Source: Octopus vulgaris (lineage: Eukaryota). Taken from it: a DNA stretch of 64,000 nt. The notes under the pieces are model-generated. The model did not search any database. It had not been told where the DNA came from and saw nothing but the letters and a program-made list of their open reading frames with translations. The DNA lies in NCBI GenBank assembly GCA_951406725.2, contig OX597827.1, positions 45,942,001 through 46,006,000 on the forward strand, read 5' to 3'. The position numbers and the translations under genes were made by a program. Positions 12,127-24,306 of this stretch are shown piece after piece. The stretch's first letter is position 1; the number at the start of each line of letters is the position of its first letter.

Positions 12127-12314
12127 ATCATCATCATCGTTTAACGTCCGTTCTCCATGCTAGCATGGGTTGGATGGTTCGACCGGGGTTCTGGGAAGCC
12201 AGAAGGCTGCACCAGGCTCCAGTCTAATCTGGCAATGTTTCTACAGCTGGATGCCCTTCCTAACGCCAACCACTCCGTGAGTGTAGTGGGTGCTTTTTAC
12301 GTGCCACCTGCACA
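12127..12314 (-). mobile_element. SINE-like family C ((GAT)n tail), 3' portion
   Basis: catcatcatcgtttaacgtccg...ctacagctggatgcccttcctaacgccaacc. Confidence 0.85.
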
Positions 12315-12315
12315 G

Positions 12316-12350
<35 letters not shown>

Positions 12351-12395
12351 ATGTATATATTTATGCATGTATATGTGTATATATATATATATATA

Positions 12396-12746
12396 TTGAA
12401 CTTGTAACCACCAATCTGCTTTGCTTTCCTTTTCTTTCTACATGCCACCCTAAAAACATCGCCATTCCCGCCCGTTTCTCTAAAAGTTCAACCTTTGCAT
12501 ATTCCCTTTAATTCGATCTCCACCATTCACTATCATTTCTTCCCCTGGCTTACAGTGATGTCCATGAGCAGGCTACGATTTCTCCCTTCTTTTTTCATAC
12601 ATACATACATACATTTGTCTACCGTTTAAATGTTTTGAACTTGTAACCACCAATCTGCTTTGCTTTCCTTTTCTTTCTACATGCCACCCTAAAAACATCG
12701 CCATTCCCGCCCGTTTCTCTTTAAAGTTCAACCTTCGCATATTCCC
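12396..12746 (+). repeat. Direct repeat of about 112 bp (12396-12507 and 12635-12746)
   Basis: ttgaacttgtaaccaccaatctgc...gcatattccc occurs twice, near-identical. Confidence 0.85.
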
Positions 12747-12999
12747 GGTGCACCCGCCCTTGCCCACCCCCACCACCAATACCGGATATCTCTATATTTT
12801 TGTTCCATCTATACCGGATGTCGCTTCTCCCACCACCATTATAGGTGTCTACTCTTCGAACCCCCTCTTCAACACGCTATTTCACCATGCATTACCCTCT
12901 CTTGATATCCTACGTTCTGCTTGCCTAGAACCTGTCATCATTTCTCTGAACCACCCCTCCCCACTGGTGCTCCCCTATATATTTCTGCATCCCCCCCCA

Positions 13000-13248
13000 C
13001 ATAAAAAAGCACCATCCGAACGTGGCCGATGCCAGACCCCTCTGGCACCTGTGCAGGTGGCACGTAAAAAACACCCACTACACTCGCGGAGTGGTTGGCG
13101 TTAGGAAGGGCATCCAGCTGTAGAAACACTGCCAGACTAGACTGGAGCCTGGGGCAGTCCCGAGCTCCCCAGACCCCGGTCGAAACCGTCCAACCCGTGC
13201 TAGCGCGGAAAACGGACGTTAAACGATGATGATGATGATGATGATGAT
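13000..13248 (+). mobile_element. SINE-like family C, inverted partner of 12127-12314
   Basis: ggcgttaggaagggcatccagctgtagaaac...ggacgttaaac(gat)n. Confidence 0.85.
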
Positions 13249-13312
13249 GATATATAGTGCGTGTGTTTATTTGGCAAAAAAAAATATGACCTTCACAAAA
13301 TATAATATAAAT

Positions 13313-13970
13313 ATATTCTTTTATTCTTTTACTTGTTTCAGTTATATGACTGCAGCAATGCTGGAGCACCACCTTTAGTTGAACAAATCGACCCCAGAAC
13401 TTATTCTTTGTAAGCCCAGTATTTATCCTATCAGTCTCTTTTGCTGAACCGCTAAGTTAAGGGGATGTAAACACACCAGCATCAGTTGTCAAGCGATGTT
13501 GAGAGAACAAACACAGACACACAAACATATACATATATACGACTAGCTTCTTTCAGTTTCCATCTACCAGATCCACTCACGAGGCTTTGGTCAGCCCAAG
13601 GCTTTAGTAGAAGATACTTGCCCAAGGTGCCATGCAGTGGGACTGAACCTGGAACCATGTTGTTGGGAAGCAAGCTTCTTACCACACAGCCACGACAGGC
13701 TTCTTTCAGCTTGTGTCTACCAAATCCACACTCATGGATACAGTAGAAGGCACTTGGTCAAAGTGCCATGCTATGAGACTGAACCCCAAAACCATGTGGT
13801 TGGGAAGCAAGCTTCTTACCACACAGCCACGACAGGCTTCTTTCAGCTTGCGTCTACCAAATCCATACTCAAGGATGTAGCAGAAGGCACTTGGCCAAGG
13901 TGCCATGCTATGAGACTGAACCCCAAAACCATGTGGTTGGGAAGCAAGCTTCTTACCGCACAGCCATGCT
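13313..13970 (-). mobile_element. SINE family A with triplicated 5' segment (units of about 137-150 bp)
   Basis: gcttctttcag...ttgggaagcaagcttcttaccacacagcc occurs three times (about 13547, 13699, 13836). Confidence 0.8.
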
Positions 13971-15167
13971 TGTGCTTCTGAACATAACAGATACGAGAAA
14001 AAGAGGTAGGGTTAGAATTAGATAGGTTGATAGGTAGATATGTAGATAGAAGAACAAGATATGACAGTGCTTAAATAAATAAGATAAATGAGTGTGCATG
14101 TGTGTGTGGGGGGTTGTATACATAGTCACTACAGTTGCTGACAAGATATCAACTGTAAAAATTAAAAATATAATACCAAAATGAAGAGCAAAACAAATTT
14201 ACAAAACAGATAATAGAACATTATTACAAGTGCTTACTATTACTTTTGTAAACCAGGTGGATTTCTCCCCCCACCCTGCTGACATAGTTTTTCTTGTTTT
14301 AGTTTTTTTTTTTTTTTTTGTTTGTTTTGTAACAGAGTAGAAGTGGGGTAGCAATCTCGCTTTAATTAATCTATCATGTTTTGATAATAGTTAAGATCAT
14401 CTCAGTAGGGAGTGGGGACAAGCAGAACAAACAACAAAAGGAAAAAAGGTAAATGCATAAATAAAGGGGAAAAGAAAGAATTTTTGATGATTCAAGACAA
14501 TATAGAGAAGTTCTGGAATATTTTCTGCAGTTGGAAAAATTGTGAGTAGATGGTGAGAGGGAGAGGAAAAAAGGAGAGAGAAAGAGGGAGAGGAAGAAAC
14601 GTTATGCATTCTGATGTCTATTTACATAGATTTATACATTTATCCCTGCAAACATACATAAGTACACTATTTATATTAGTGAATATATGAATGTGTGTGT
14701 GTGTGTGTGTGTGTATAAACACATGTATACACACATGCATATACTAACAAATATCAATATACTTATATACATATGCATTTACACTTTCATATATACTTAT
14801 CTAATATATATATATACACAAACATACATCTACAGACATCAACCCATGCCAGCATGGAAAATGGACGTTAAATGGTGATGATGATGATGACAATGATGAT
14901 ACACCCAAATATATGTATACATATATCTACACACACATATATACATACATATATACATCCACATATATATGCATACATATATCCACATACATATGCAAAC
15001 ATATATCAACACACACACACACATATATACACACACAACATACATGCAAGCAGGTACACAAGACATGTATAGATATGCCTGGTTATATCCTAATGATAGG
15101 ATTAGTTACAATTACAACACAGACACACACACACAAAACCTTACCACAAGCAAACACCTACCTATAG

Positions 15168-15198
<31 letters not shown>

Positions 15199-15576
15199 TA
15201 ATAGGAAAACAGTTACCACAAAAACAAAAATAAAAAAACCTCACCCAAAATGCACCCATCAAGGTAAAGTCATAAATATCAAAGTAAACAGTCAGATCTG
15301 AGGGAAAGTTATGATGGTCTGTGCAAGCAATTAGTGAATATAAATAGTTTGAAAGTAGAATGATAAATTGGTTTGCTGGGAAATTCTGAAAGGTTTCAGG
15401 GAGTAGATTTCATCATAATATGATAGCTACTACTACTACTACTGCTGCTGTTGCTGCTAATTCTATTACCACTACATCCTTATCCTCATCTTTGTCATTA
15501 TTTTGTTTTCCTTTATTTTATTATATTTTTTTTTACTTCATCTGCCTTTATTTCCTTATTGCCAATGGATAATATG

Positions 15577-16085
15577 GTGGAGATGCACAGCTTAGCGGTT
15601 AAGGGTGTTGTACTTAGGATAATAAGACTGTAGTTTCAGTTCTTGGACAGGGCAATGTGATGTGTTCTTGAGCAAAACACTTCATTTCACATGGCTCCAG
15701 TCCACTCAGCTGGCAAAAATGACAGACCACCATCCCGTCCAGTCGGGGTACATATGCCACAGAATCTGGGAAACTGGTCTTATCAGCCTATAGCTTCCAA
15801 GTGAGCTTTGACCCTTTTTTTTTTAAATGTATAATGGCATGTAAAAAGCACCATCCGAATGTGATCATTGCCAGGCCCACCACCTTACTGGCCCCTGTGT
15901 CGGTGGCACGTAAAAAGCACCCACTACACTCTCAGAGTGGTTGGTGTTAGGAAGGGCATCTAGCTGTAGAAACTATGCCAGACCAGGCTGGAGCCTAGTG
16001 CAGCTGCTGGCTCTCCAGACCTCAGTCAAACTGTCCAACCCATGACAGCATGGAAAAAAGACGTTAATTGATGATGATGATGATG
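15577..16085 (+). mobile_element. SINE family D variant (15577-15810) followed by family C copy (15835-16085)
   Basis: Family-diagnostic blocks cacttcatttcacatggctccagtccactcagctggc and ggaagggcatctagctgtagaaac...(gat)n. Confidence 0.7.
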
Positions 16086-16176
16086 ATAAGATGTGTCTAC
16101 AAGAACAACAACTATAACACAAATAAATGCAAATAACCACAAACATGTTATCGCCCTCGCTGCCTCATGCATGCAC

Positions 16177-16228
<52 letters not shown>

Positions 16229-16442
16229 ACATGCACAAATATTTACACATCACCATCATTATTGTTTGAAGTCCATGTACGACTGTATCCATGTAGACAG
16301 AGAATGTTCATGTGTGTGCATTTTATAATATTGGCTGAGTGCATATGACATGAAACTTTGAGTAGCAACAAAGGGAATCATTAACTGATTCCTAATAAAC
16401 ATAAACTCTACAACATGAATAAAGCACTTTCCCTAGTAAACA

Positions 16443-16496
<54 letters not shown>

Positions 16497-16759
16497 ATGT
16501 ATTTATGCATGTATGCACAATTATTATAGCTATTTTATTTTGTCATGTTTGCTTTCGTGATTGTCCTGTACGTTCGTTAGCTAGCTATTCCCAGTGGCTT
16601 TTTGCCAATGGCACCACTGAGAGTGAACAATATCAAGAATAAAAAGGCGCAAAATTGTAGGGATCTTTTGGACTCTGACTGACAAGGAATTAGCTACGGA
16701 TATTCCGTTTGTTATGTTTTTGCTAAATTTTTCATTTGCTCTGTTTTTGATAAATCTTC

Positions 16760-16798
<39 letters not shown>

Positions 16799-16840
16799 CA
16801 ATAATAAATCTCTGAGTGAGATATAAACAGTAGCCGCATG

Positions 16841-17231
16841 ACATCATGAAGTATATTTGCCACCTAAATGTGGCTAATCCCAAAGGGCGCGATGCTACTG
16901 TAGCTTGTAGCCCCAGGAAGACATCTCCTCCAGCTGGATTTTGATACACTATCTGGAAAAAAGTATATATATTTTTGCATTGAGAATCACTTCCCACTGC
17001 CAATTGGTGGTTGTCACACGCTGATGACGGGTCAATACTCAGAAACTCGGGTCCGTGTGTATTGCGTCAGGTTGGAGATGGGAATGATGACTTCCTTTTG
17101 CGAATACTGATAGGGCACAGGTAGTGTGTCAATAGCCAGCTGGAGGAGATGACTTCCTGGGGCTACAAGCTACAGTAGCATCAACCCTTAAGGGTTAGCC
17201 ACATTTAAGTGGCAAATATACTCCATGATAT
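16841..17231. mobile_element. Foldback element with about 115-bp inverted arms, set between (TA)n tracts
   Basis: 16841-16955 is the reverse complement of 17118-17231 (roughly 85-90% identity by eye, including a 30-bp exact block gatgctactgtagcttgtagccccaggaag). Confidence 0.9.
17015..17059 (+). ncRNA. Type I hammerhead ribozyme motif (short stem III, Penelope-type)
   Basis: Stem I cacacg/cgtgtg; CUGAUGA 17021-17027; stem II gggu-caau-acuc with a C.A mismatch at the base; GAAAC-ucgg-GUC with predicted cleavage after 17053; stem I extends imperfectly to about 16991/17083. Confidence 0.7.
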
Positions 17232-17764
17232 ATATATATATATATATCTATATATATATATATATATATGCGTGCACACGTGTGTGCAGATACAAGTATG
17301 TTTCATATATATGTGTGCATGTGTGTATGCACATATGCATATGAATATTTGTTTACAAATACGTGTAAACAAGAATGTTTCATACACATAGGTGTATTTA
17401 TGTGCAGGCAAGTATGTGTCTCTATTTGCCAAGGAGGTCTTCTGCATTTTCTCAACTTGATGGAGCGCATCTTTTTCCAGGTCAATCTACAGCCAATTTA
17501 AGGAGGAGAAAGAAAAAGAGGAAGAAGAGAAAGAGTCAAACCTATCATGATCTGAACTCAGAGTACAGAGTCAGAATGAACATCACAACAGATTCTATCC
17601 AACGCTCCTACCCTGCCTATCCACCCACCCCAGATGTTATTATAGCAGTAAAAGAATGTGAAGGTGGGGAGGGGCCAGAAGAAGTAAAAGTCCTACAATT
17701 CAGAGAAAGCCGAAACACGAGGGGAAATGGATCAAATACATTACAATATTTACTCTCATCAGTC

Positions 17765-17976
17765 TTATCTACTCTAGCCACAAGGCCCAAAATTTTGGTG
17801 GGAGGGCGCCAGTCAATTCGATCTACTCCAGTACACAACTGGTACTTAATTTATCAACTCCGAAAGGATGAAAGGCAAAGTCAACCTCAGTGGAGTTTGA
17901 ACTCAGAATGTAAAGACATGAAATACCACTAAGCATTTTGCCCAGCGAGCTAACGATTCTGCCAGCTTGCCGCCTT
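17765..17976 (-). mobile_element. SINE family B
   Basis: Meta-domain core and B box on the minus strand; 5' end aaggcggcaagctggcagaatc. Confidence 0.85.
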
Positions 17977-17995
17977 ACAGGTACATAAATATTAA

Positions 17996-18625
17996 CCCAT
18001 ATATACCCCTGGTTGCGTTTTTGCAATACAAAACCTCCTCCGGCTTGTTTGGACATAAACTCACCGGGAAGCATCTGACTGATCATACGATAGGTTCAGC
18101 AGGTAGTCAACTCCTGTAGCTAACAGTTACATACTGTTGTTCTCTTCCAGATTGTGAAAGCTTACCATAATGTTTAATCTAAATACAGTAAAATTTTAAG
18201 ACTTCATTAAATTTATGGGCATATAGGCACAGAAGTGGCTGTGTGGTAAGTAGCTTGCTTACCAACCACATGGTTCTAGGTTCAGTCCCACTGCGTGGCA
18301 CCTTGAGCAAATGTCTTCTACTATAGCCTTGGGCCAACCAAAGCCTTGTGAGTGGATTTGGTAGATGGAAACTGAAAGAAGCCTGTCGTATATATGTATA
18401 TATATGTTTGTGTGTCTGTGTTTGACCCCCAACATCGCTTGACAACTGATGCTGGTGTGCTTATGTTCACATAAGTTAGTGATTCAGCAAAAGAGACCGA
18501 TAGAATAAGTACTAGGCTTACAATGAATAAATCCTGGGGTCGATCTGCTCGACTAAAGGCGGTGCTCCAGCATGGCCACAGTCAAATGACTGAAACAAGT
18601 AAAAGAGTAAAAGAGTATAAATGGG
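17996..18625. mobile_element. Possible piggyBac-type MITE interrupted by a SINE A copy
   Basis: TTAA-cccatatatac ... gtataaatggg-tt(tt)aa; short imperfect TIRs. Confidence 0.4.
18226..18615 (+). mobile_element. SINE family A, full length
   Basis: A and B boxes, CORE-like block and gtaaaagagtaaaagag tail. Confidence 0.85.
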
Positions 18626-18698
18626 TTTTAATGACGTGTAGGGTGACAGTATTTCGTTATTACGCAACCGTAATATACTACAAAGTTCATGGATGATT

Positions 18699-18764
18699 AA
18701 TAGCAGCTAAAACTTGACTCTAAAACCACATTAAATGTTTTAGAGTCAAGTTTTGGCTGCTATT
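18699..18764. repeat. Near-perfect hairpin: 28-bp stem, 10-nt loop
   Basis: aatagcagctaaaacttgactctaaaac / gttttagagtcaagttttggctgctatt; the single mismatch is a U-G wobble on the plus strand. Confidence 0.9.
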
Positions 18765-19669
18765 TCCAGCGTGGTGGTACCTCTTAGATAACCTAAATTA
18801 TAATTTTAATAATAATTATTACCTTTGAAGGTTTTTATTCCCATGCTGGCCACTTGATAAGATTGATATTTAAATTAACAATCTTATCCTTATTTATAGA
18901 AATTCATATATATGTATATATATCACAATTCAGCTAGGTATTAAAGAAACCACCTAAGGGAAACTAAATATCCGAAGAATAATTTACGAGATGTGTCATT
19001 TGTATGTTTAAAATAATTAAATTGAATTGAATTTATAATTGTTCAATTTATTGTTTTTGTTTTCTATTTCTTATTTATGGCAGGCTTCTTTCAGCTTCCA
19101 TCTACTAAAACCTCTCACAAGGCTTTGATCGGCTTGAGGCTGTAGTAGAAGACACTCGCCCAAGGTGTCACAGAGATGGACTGAACCCAGAACCATGTGG
19201 TTGGGAAGCAAGCTTCTTACCACACAGCCACACCTGCATATATATATTACCTTTCAAATAAAAAAAAAAAAATTATACATTAAATAATGTAGTCCTAGAT
19301 ACGCTATGCTTGAAGCAAATTCAAGACAGGCATGGCTGGAGTAACACTGATCACAAAGTCTGCACAATCAAGATTGACTCGGGGCTAAACAACAACAGCA
19401 AACACTAGTGATATGTGGAAGATTCAATTAACTGTTACTGTTAACCTAATCAAATCTAATAAAAACACTGCAGCAATAATTTCTTTCCATGTTGTGGCTA
19501 TCAATGATGTTGTTGTTGTTGTTGATCTTGTAACTTATCTTACTCAGATTTAAAATCTATTTCCGTTCCATTTATTTTTTTCAGCATTTTAACATGAATT
19601 TTTTTCAAAGACATTATCAATCAATACAACCATCACCATCACCACCAATTATAATTATCGTTACTGTTA

Positions 19670-20195
19670 TTCCCAATTTCAGGTCTTGTACCTTTAGTAG
19701 AAAAGATTATTATTATTATTACTATTATTATTATTATTGATGAAATGCTTAGCGGTATTTCGCTCATTGGTACATTCTGTGTTCAAATTCTGCCGAGGTC
19801 AACTTTACTTTTCATCTTCTCGGGGTCAATAAATATAAGTACCAGTTAAACATTGGGGGAGGGGGCGATGTAATCAACTCATCCGCTCCGACAAAACTGC
19901 TGTCCTTGTGGCAAAATTTGAAATCATCATCATCATCATTATTATTATTACTATTGTTTCAAATTTTGGCACAGAGCCAGAAGATTTTGAGGAGACGGGG
20001 TATGTTGATTACATCGACCCCCAAAAGGATGAAAGGCAAAGTTGATTTTGGCGAAATTTGAACTCAGAACATAAAAACAAACTACTACATTTTGAGTTCA
20101 AATTCTACCGAGGTCAACTTTGCCATTCATCTTTTATGGGTTGATAAAATAAGAACCACTTAAGCACTGAGGTCGATATAATTGAGTAGTCCCCT
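19670..20195. mobile_element. Cluster of SINE family B fragments in both orientations
   Basis: Several B-box/Meta-domain cores separated by (ATT)n. Confidence 0.75.
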
Positions 20196-20740
20196 CATCA
20201 TCATCATCATTTAACATCTATTTTCCATGCTGGCATGGGTTGAACAGTTTGACTGAGGGCTTGCAATCCAGAAGGCTGTACCAGGCTCCAATCCAATCTG
20301 GCAAAGTTTCTATAGCTGGATGCCCTTCCTAATGCCAACCACTCCGAGAGTGTAGTGGGTGCTGTTTATGTGCCACTGGCACGAGGGCCATTCAGGTGGT
20401 ACTGGCATCGACCATGCCTGAATAGTGCCGTTTATGTGCCACTGGCACGAGGGCCATTCAGGTGGTACTGGCATCGACCATGCCTGAATAGTGCTTTTTA
20501 TGTGCTACTGGCACAGGAGCCAGTTAGGCAGCTCTGGCAACAGCCACGCTCGAATGGTACTTTTCTTGTGCCACTGGCATGAGACCAGTCAGCCGGTACT
20601 GGCATCAACTACCTTCAAATGGTGCTTTTAACATGCCACCAGCCAGTCAGGTGGTACTGGCGTCGACCACACTTGAATGGTGCTTTTCATGTGCCACTGG
20701 CATGGGTGCCAATCAGGCAGTACTGTCATCGGCCATGACA
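20196..20740 (-). mobile_element. SINE-like family C with about six internal 60-66 bp tandem units
   Basis: Units ggtgctttttatgtgccactggcac...; the two at 20364 and 20430 are an essentially exact 66-bp duplication. Confidence 0.85.
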
Positions 20741-21961
20741 ACAACCCCTTCCCCAAAATTTCAGGCCTTGCACCTATAGTAGAAAATATTATTATTATTA
20801 TTATTATTTAGGGTAGTAAGCTGGCAAACTTGTTAGAGCACTGAATAAAATGTCAAGCTTTTTACACTCTGATTTCATATTCCTCCAGGGTCAACTTAAT
20901 TTCCCCTTCCTTCAGTGGGGTTAGCACAATTAAGCTGTGGTCAAGAACGGAGATCTACTAAACCCCTTCCCTCTAAAACTGCTGGCCTTGGGCTAAAATC
21001 ACAATCGTCATCATCACCATCATCATCATCATCAGCACCACGATGCAACATCATCATTACTACTTCCCACCATAGCGACCACCTCAGAACTAAAACTTTT
21101 ACAATCAGGAGCATCACCATTTCTCCATCATCCCCACTCCCACCACCACCACCACCACCACCATCTGAATGCCTTTCAACCATCACCACTACCTCCCCCC
21201 CTTCATACATCACCTTCCCAGTCCAATTAATCAAATCTCTATAATGTTTTTGTAGTGTTGTTCTCATTTTTGTTCAGCCTTAGGTCAGGTCTGTGCAGTT
21301 ATGATGACGATGATGATGATGATCATCATCATCATCAAAGGCCTTCCAGCCATGACAATCCCATCTTTTATTCATGCACCATGTGTATTTGATCCTACTT
21401 TGTCCAATGTAGCATCCAACATTATCAGCTTCTTTCGTTGTTATTGTGTGTGCATTTGTCTGTGTGTCTCTGTGCACATGTGCATGTTGTTTGTCTCTGT
21501 GCTGTGTGTGCGTGTGCATGCACGTATGTCAGTGTGTGTGTGTGCACACATGTGATTATCTCTACTTTTTTGTCACAAACAATCAGATACAGAGAAATAT
21601 AGGGCAAGAGGTGAAAGTAAGGATGTTATGCATGATTGTGTGTGTGTGTATGTGTGTGTATGTGTGTGCGTACGAGAGTGAGTGAGTTTATATCTGTATA
21701 TGAACGTGTTCTTATGCATGTGTATGTATGTTCACCTGTATGTGCATACATGCATACAGGTAGGCATGTGTGCATGTATGTAATTTCATGCATTAGCAGA
21801 TCTCATGTGCACATAAACACATTCATGTATGCACATGTATACACATGTATGTACATGTATACACACATGCATGCACATGTATGTACATGTATACACACAC
21901 TCACACAAATACATGTTTGCATGTTGTTAGTGTATGCATGTCATATATGTGCACAAGCATT

Positions 21962-21998
<37 letters not shown>

Positions 21999-22734
21999 CC
22001 ACACATTTGTGCGTGTGTGTGTTAGTGCAAGCTTTTGTACGCACATGCTTGTGTGTGGATGTGTGCGTATTTATTTATACACACATAATTACATACGCAT
22101 GCTAATCAGTATGAACCTAAAATTAAAAGGAAAAGAACAAAGACACATTTTACACAAACCCACACATCACACACACATGTATATATATATATATATACAT
22201 GCATTAGATGTGTGTGTGTATATATATATATAAACAGAAAAACATACATGCTCTTCTTCTCTTCCCCATTAATCTCAACTCCCCCCTCTCCACACCCGCA
22301 CTTCCATTTCACATTGAGACAGGATATGAATTCTACAATGGAACAGCAGAGGTGGGAAGGGTGGGAGAAATTAGAAGGGAGAAGTCAGGGAGGGGTGGAT
22401 GATGATGATATAGGAACAAATCAGATTGAATTTGTTGCTGTTGTTCCTGTGGCTAATACTGCTGCTGTTGATGATGATGATGATGATGTTGATACTATTG
22501 TAACTATTTTTGTTCCAGTTGTTGTTGCTGCTGTTATTCTTGTTTCTGTTGCTGTTTTTTTAAAGTGTTCTTGTTATGGTTCTAATTTTCGTTTTTTGGG
22601 TTTTTTTTTGCTTTTTTATTGTTCGAACTTTTGTTAAGAAGGCGACTGTTTTCTTTCGAATTTTATTTAACAGGATTAAAAGCAATCAGAAAGAAGTGTA
22701 ATATTGAACTCTTCAACAGCAACAACGACAACAT

Positions 22735-22767
<33 letters not shown>

Positions 22768-22779
22768 CAGTGAAGGACA

Positions 22780-22813
<34 letters not shown>

Positions 22814-23120
22814 CTGCTGCGTCTTCAATGTTCTTTTTACTTTTTTCTTTTCATTCACAATATCAGCTGCTGTTTCCCACACAAAGATAAACAAGCCTAT
22901 ATATGCTGTCGCACTCAAAAAAACCCACACACCCATACCCATTACACATTCATCACATTGTGCCACAGCAGTACAATCAGATATTTCTGTTTGTTGTTGT
23001 TGTTGTTGTTGTTTAAAATTCATCCACCCACTTTCGCATCAAGCAAGTGTAAGGACACTGCGGTATGCAAGTCCTGATCAGCCCCAATTCTTGGCAGACA
23101 TTGTGCATCTAAGCTATATG

Positions 23121-23228
23121 TCATCTGGTGGTTGTACCATTTCATCTGTAGGTTGAACCATTCCATCAGGAGATTGTGCCTCATTTCATCTGGAGTCTGT
23201 ATCATTTCACCTGGTGGTTGTACCATCT
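23121..23228. repeat. Minisatellite, about five units of 21-23 nt (tcatctggtggttgtaccatt)
   Basis: Diverged tandem units visible directly in the sequence. Confidence 0.75.
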
Positions 23229-23239
23229 TATATGTTGCT

Positions 23240-23620
23240 TACTCTTTTACTTGTTTTAATTATTTGACTGTGGCCATGCTGGAGCACCGCCTTTAGTCGA
23301 GGAAATCGACCCCAGGAATTATTCTTTTCGTAAGCATAGTACTTATTCTATCGGTTTCTTTTGTCGAACTGCCAAGTTACAGGGACGCAAACACACCAGC
23401 ATTGGTTGTCAAGCGATGCTGGGGGGGGGGGGGAACAGACACACAAACACACACAAATATATATATACATATACACAATGGGCTTCTTTCAGTTTCCGTC
23501 TACCAAATCCACTCACAAGGCTTTGTTTGGCTTCAGGCTATAGTAGAAAACACTTGCCCAAGGTGCCACGCAGTGGGACTGAACCCAGAACCATATGGTT
23601 GGTAAGCAAGCTACTTACCA
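23240..23620 (-). mobile_element. SINE family A
   Basis: Collinear with 1183-1601. Confidence 0.85.
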
Positions 23621-24253
23621 TACAGGTACTGGATAAAATATCTCATAGCATTTGTATCCCCCAGATAGACCTGCATGTATGGACAACTGTCAATCTTCCT
23701 CACAAAAATCTTACCCAGGCCTGGACATGTATGCATGATCAACCTTGTTCAACGGAGGCCCTGTGTAGTCAAATATACTGACCCCAGTATTAGATGGTAA
23801 ATTGACCTATCATCAGAACATCAGACATGATGCCCTCAGCATATCACTGTTGATGCACATGTCACAGGTTTGTCTTCACTGACATCTACGAGCTGAAGAA
23901 ACAGGACATTGTTATATTCATGGCCCTCTTAACAGTGAACATCTGTTAGGAAGGCTATTCAGACATGCATACATAAAATGCTCCCCCTAAGTATTATGAT
24001 GGTTGTAACTGTTTCACCCCAAGTGAACCTAGGTTGAGAAGACCTTCTGTCAAAATGTTCCAACCATGCCATGAGTATCCAGTCTTTCTCATGGGTATAA
24101 TATGTTTAAGAGTATATCCAGTGAGGTCTCAATTTTTTCTCTTAAGCCACACATCACACACACAAAGTATATGCATACATATATGTCCAACCCACATCAG
24201 CATGGAAATCAAATGTTTAACAATGATGATGATGGATATGTGCGTGTGTGTGA

Positions 24254-24306
<53 letters not shown>

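Noticed and set aside
17375-17932. 185-aa ORF with a basic stretch
   Set aside because: Runs through low-complexity sequence and an antisense SINE B; no recognisable domain.
18737-18746. GTTTTAGAG resembling a type II CRISPR repeat start
   Set aside because: A single 9-mer within a hairpin in eukaryotic DNA; no array, spacers or cas genes.
19240-19275. Second AG|GT site on the minus strand (ttttatttgaaag|gtaata)
   Set aside because: AAG acceptor with purines before the AG, adjacent to a SINE; much weaker than the 6449 site.
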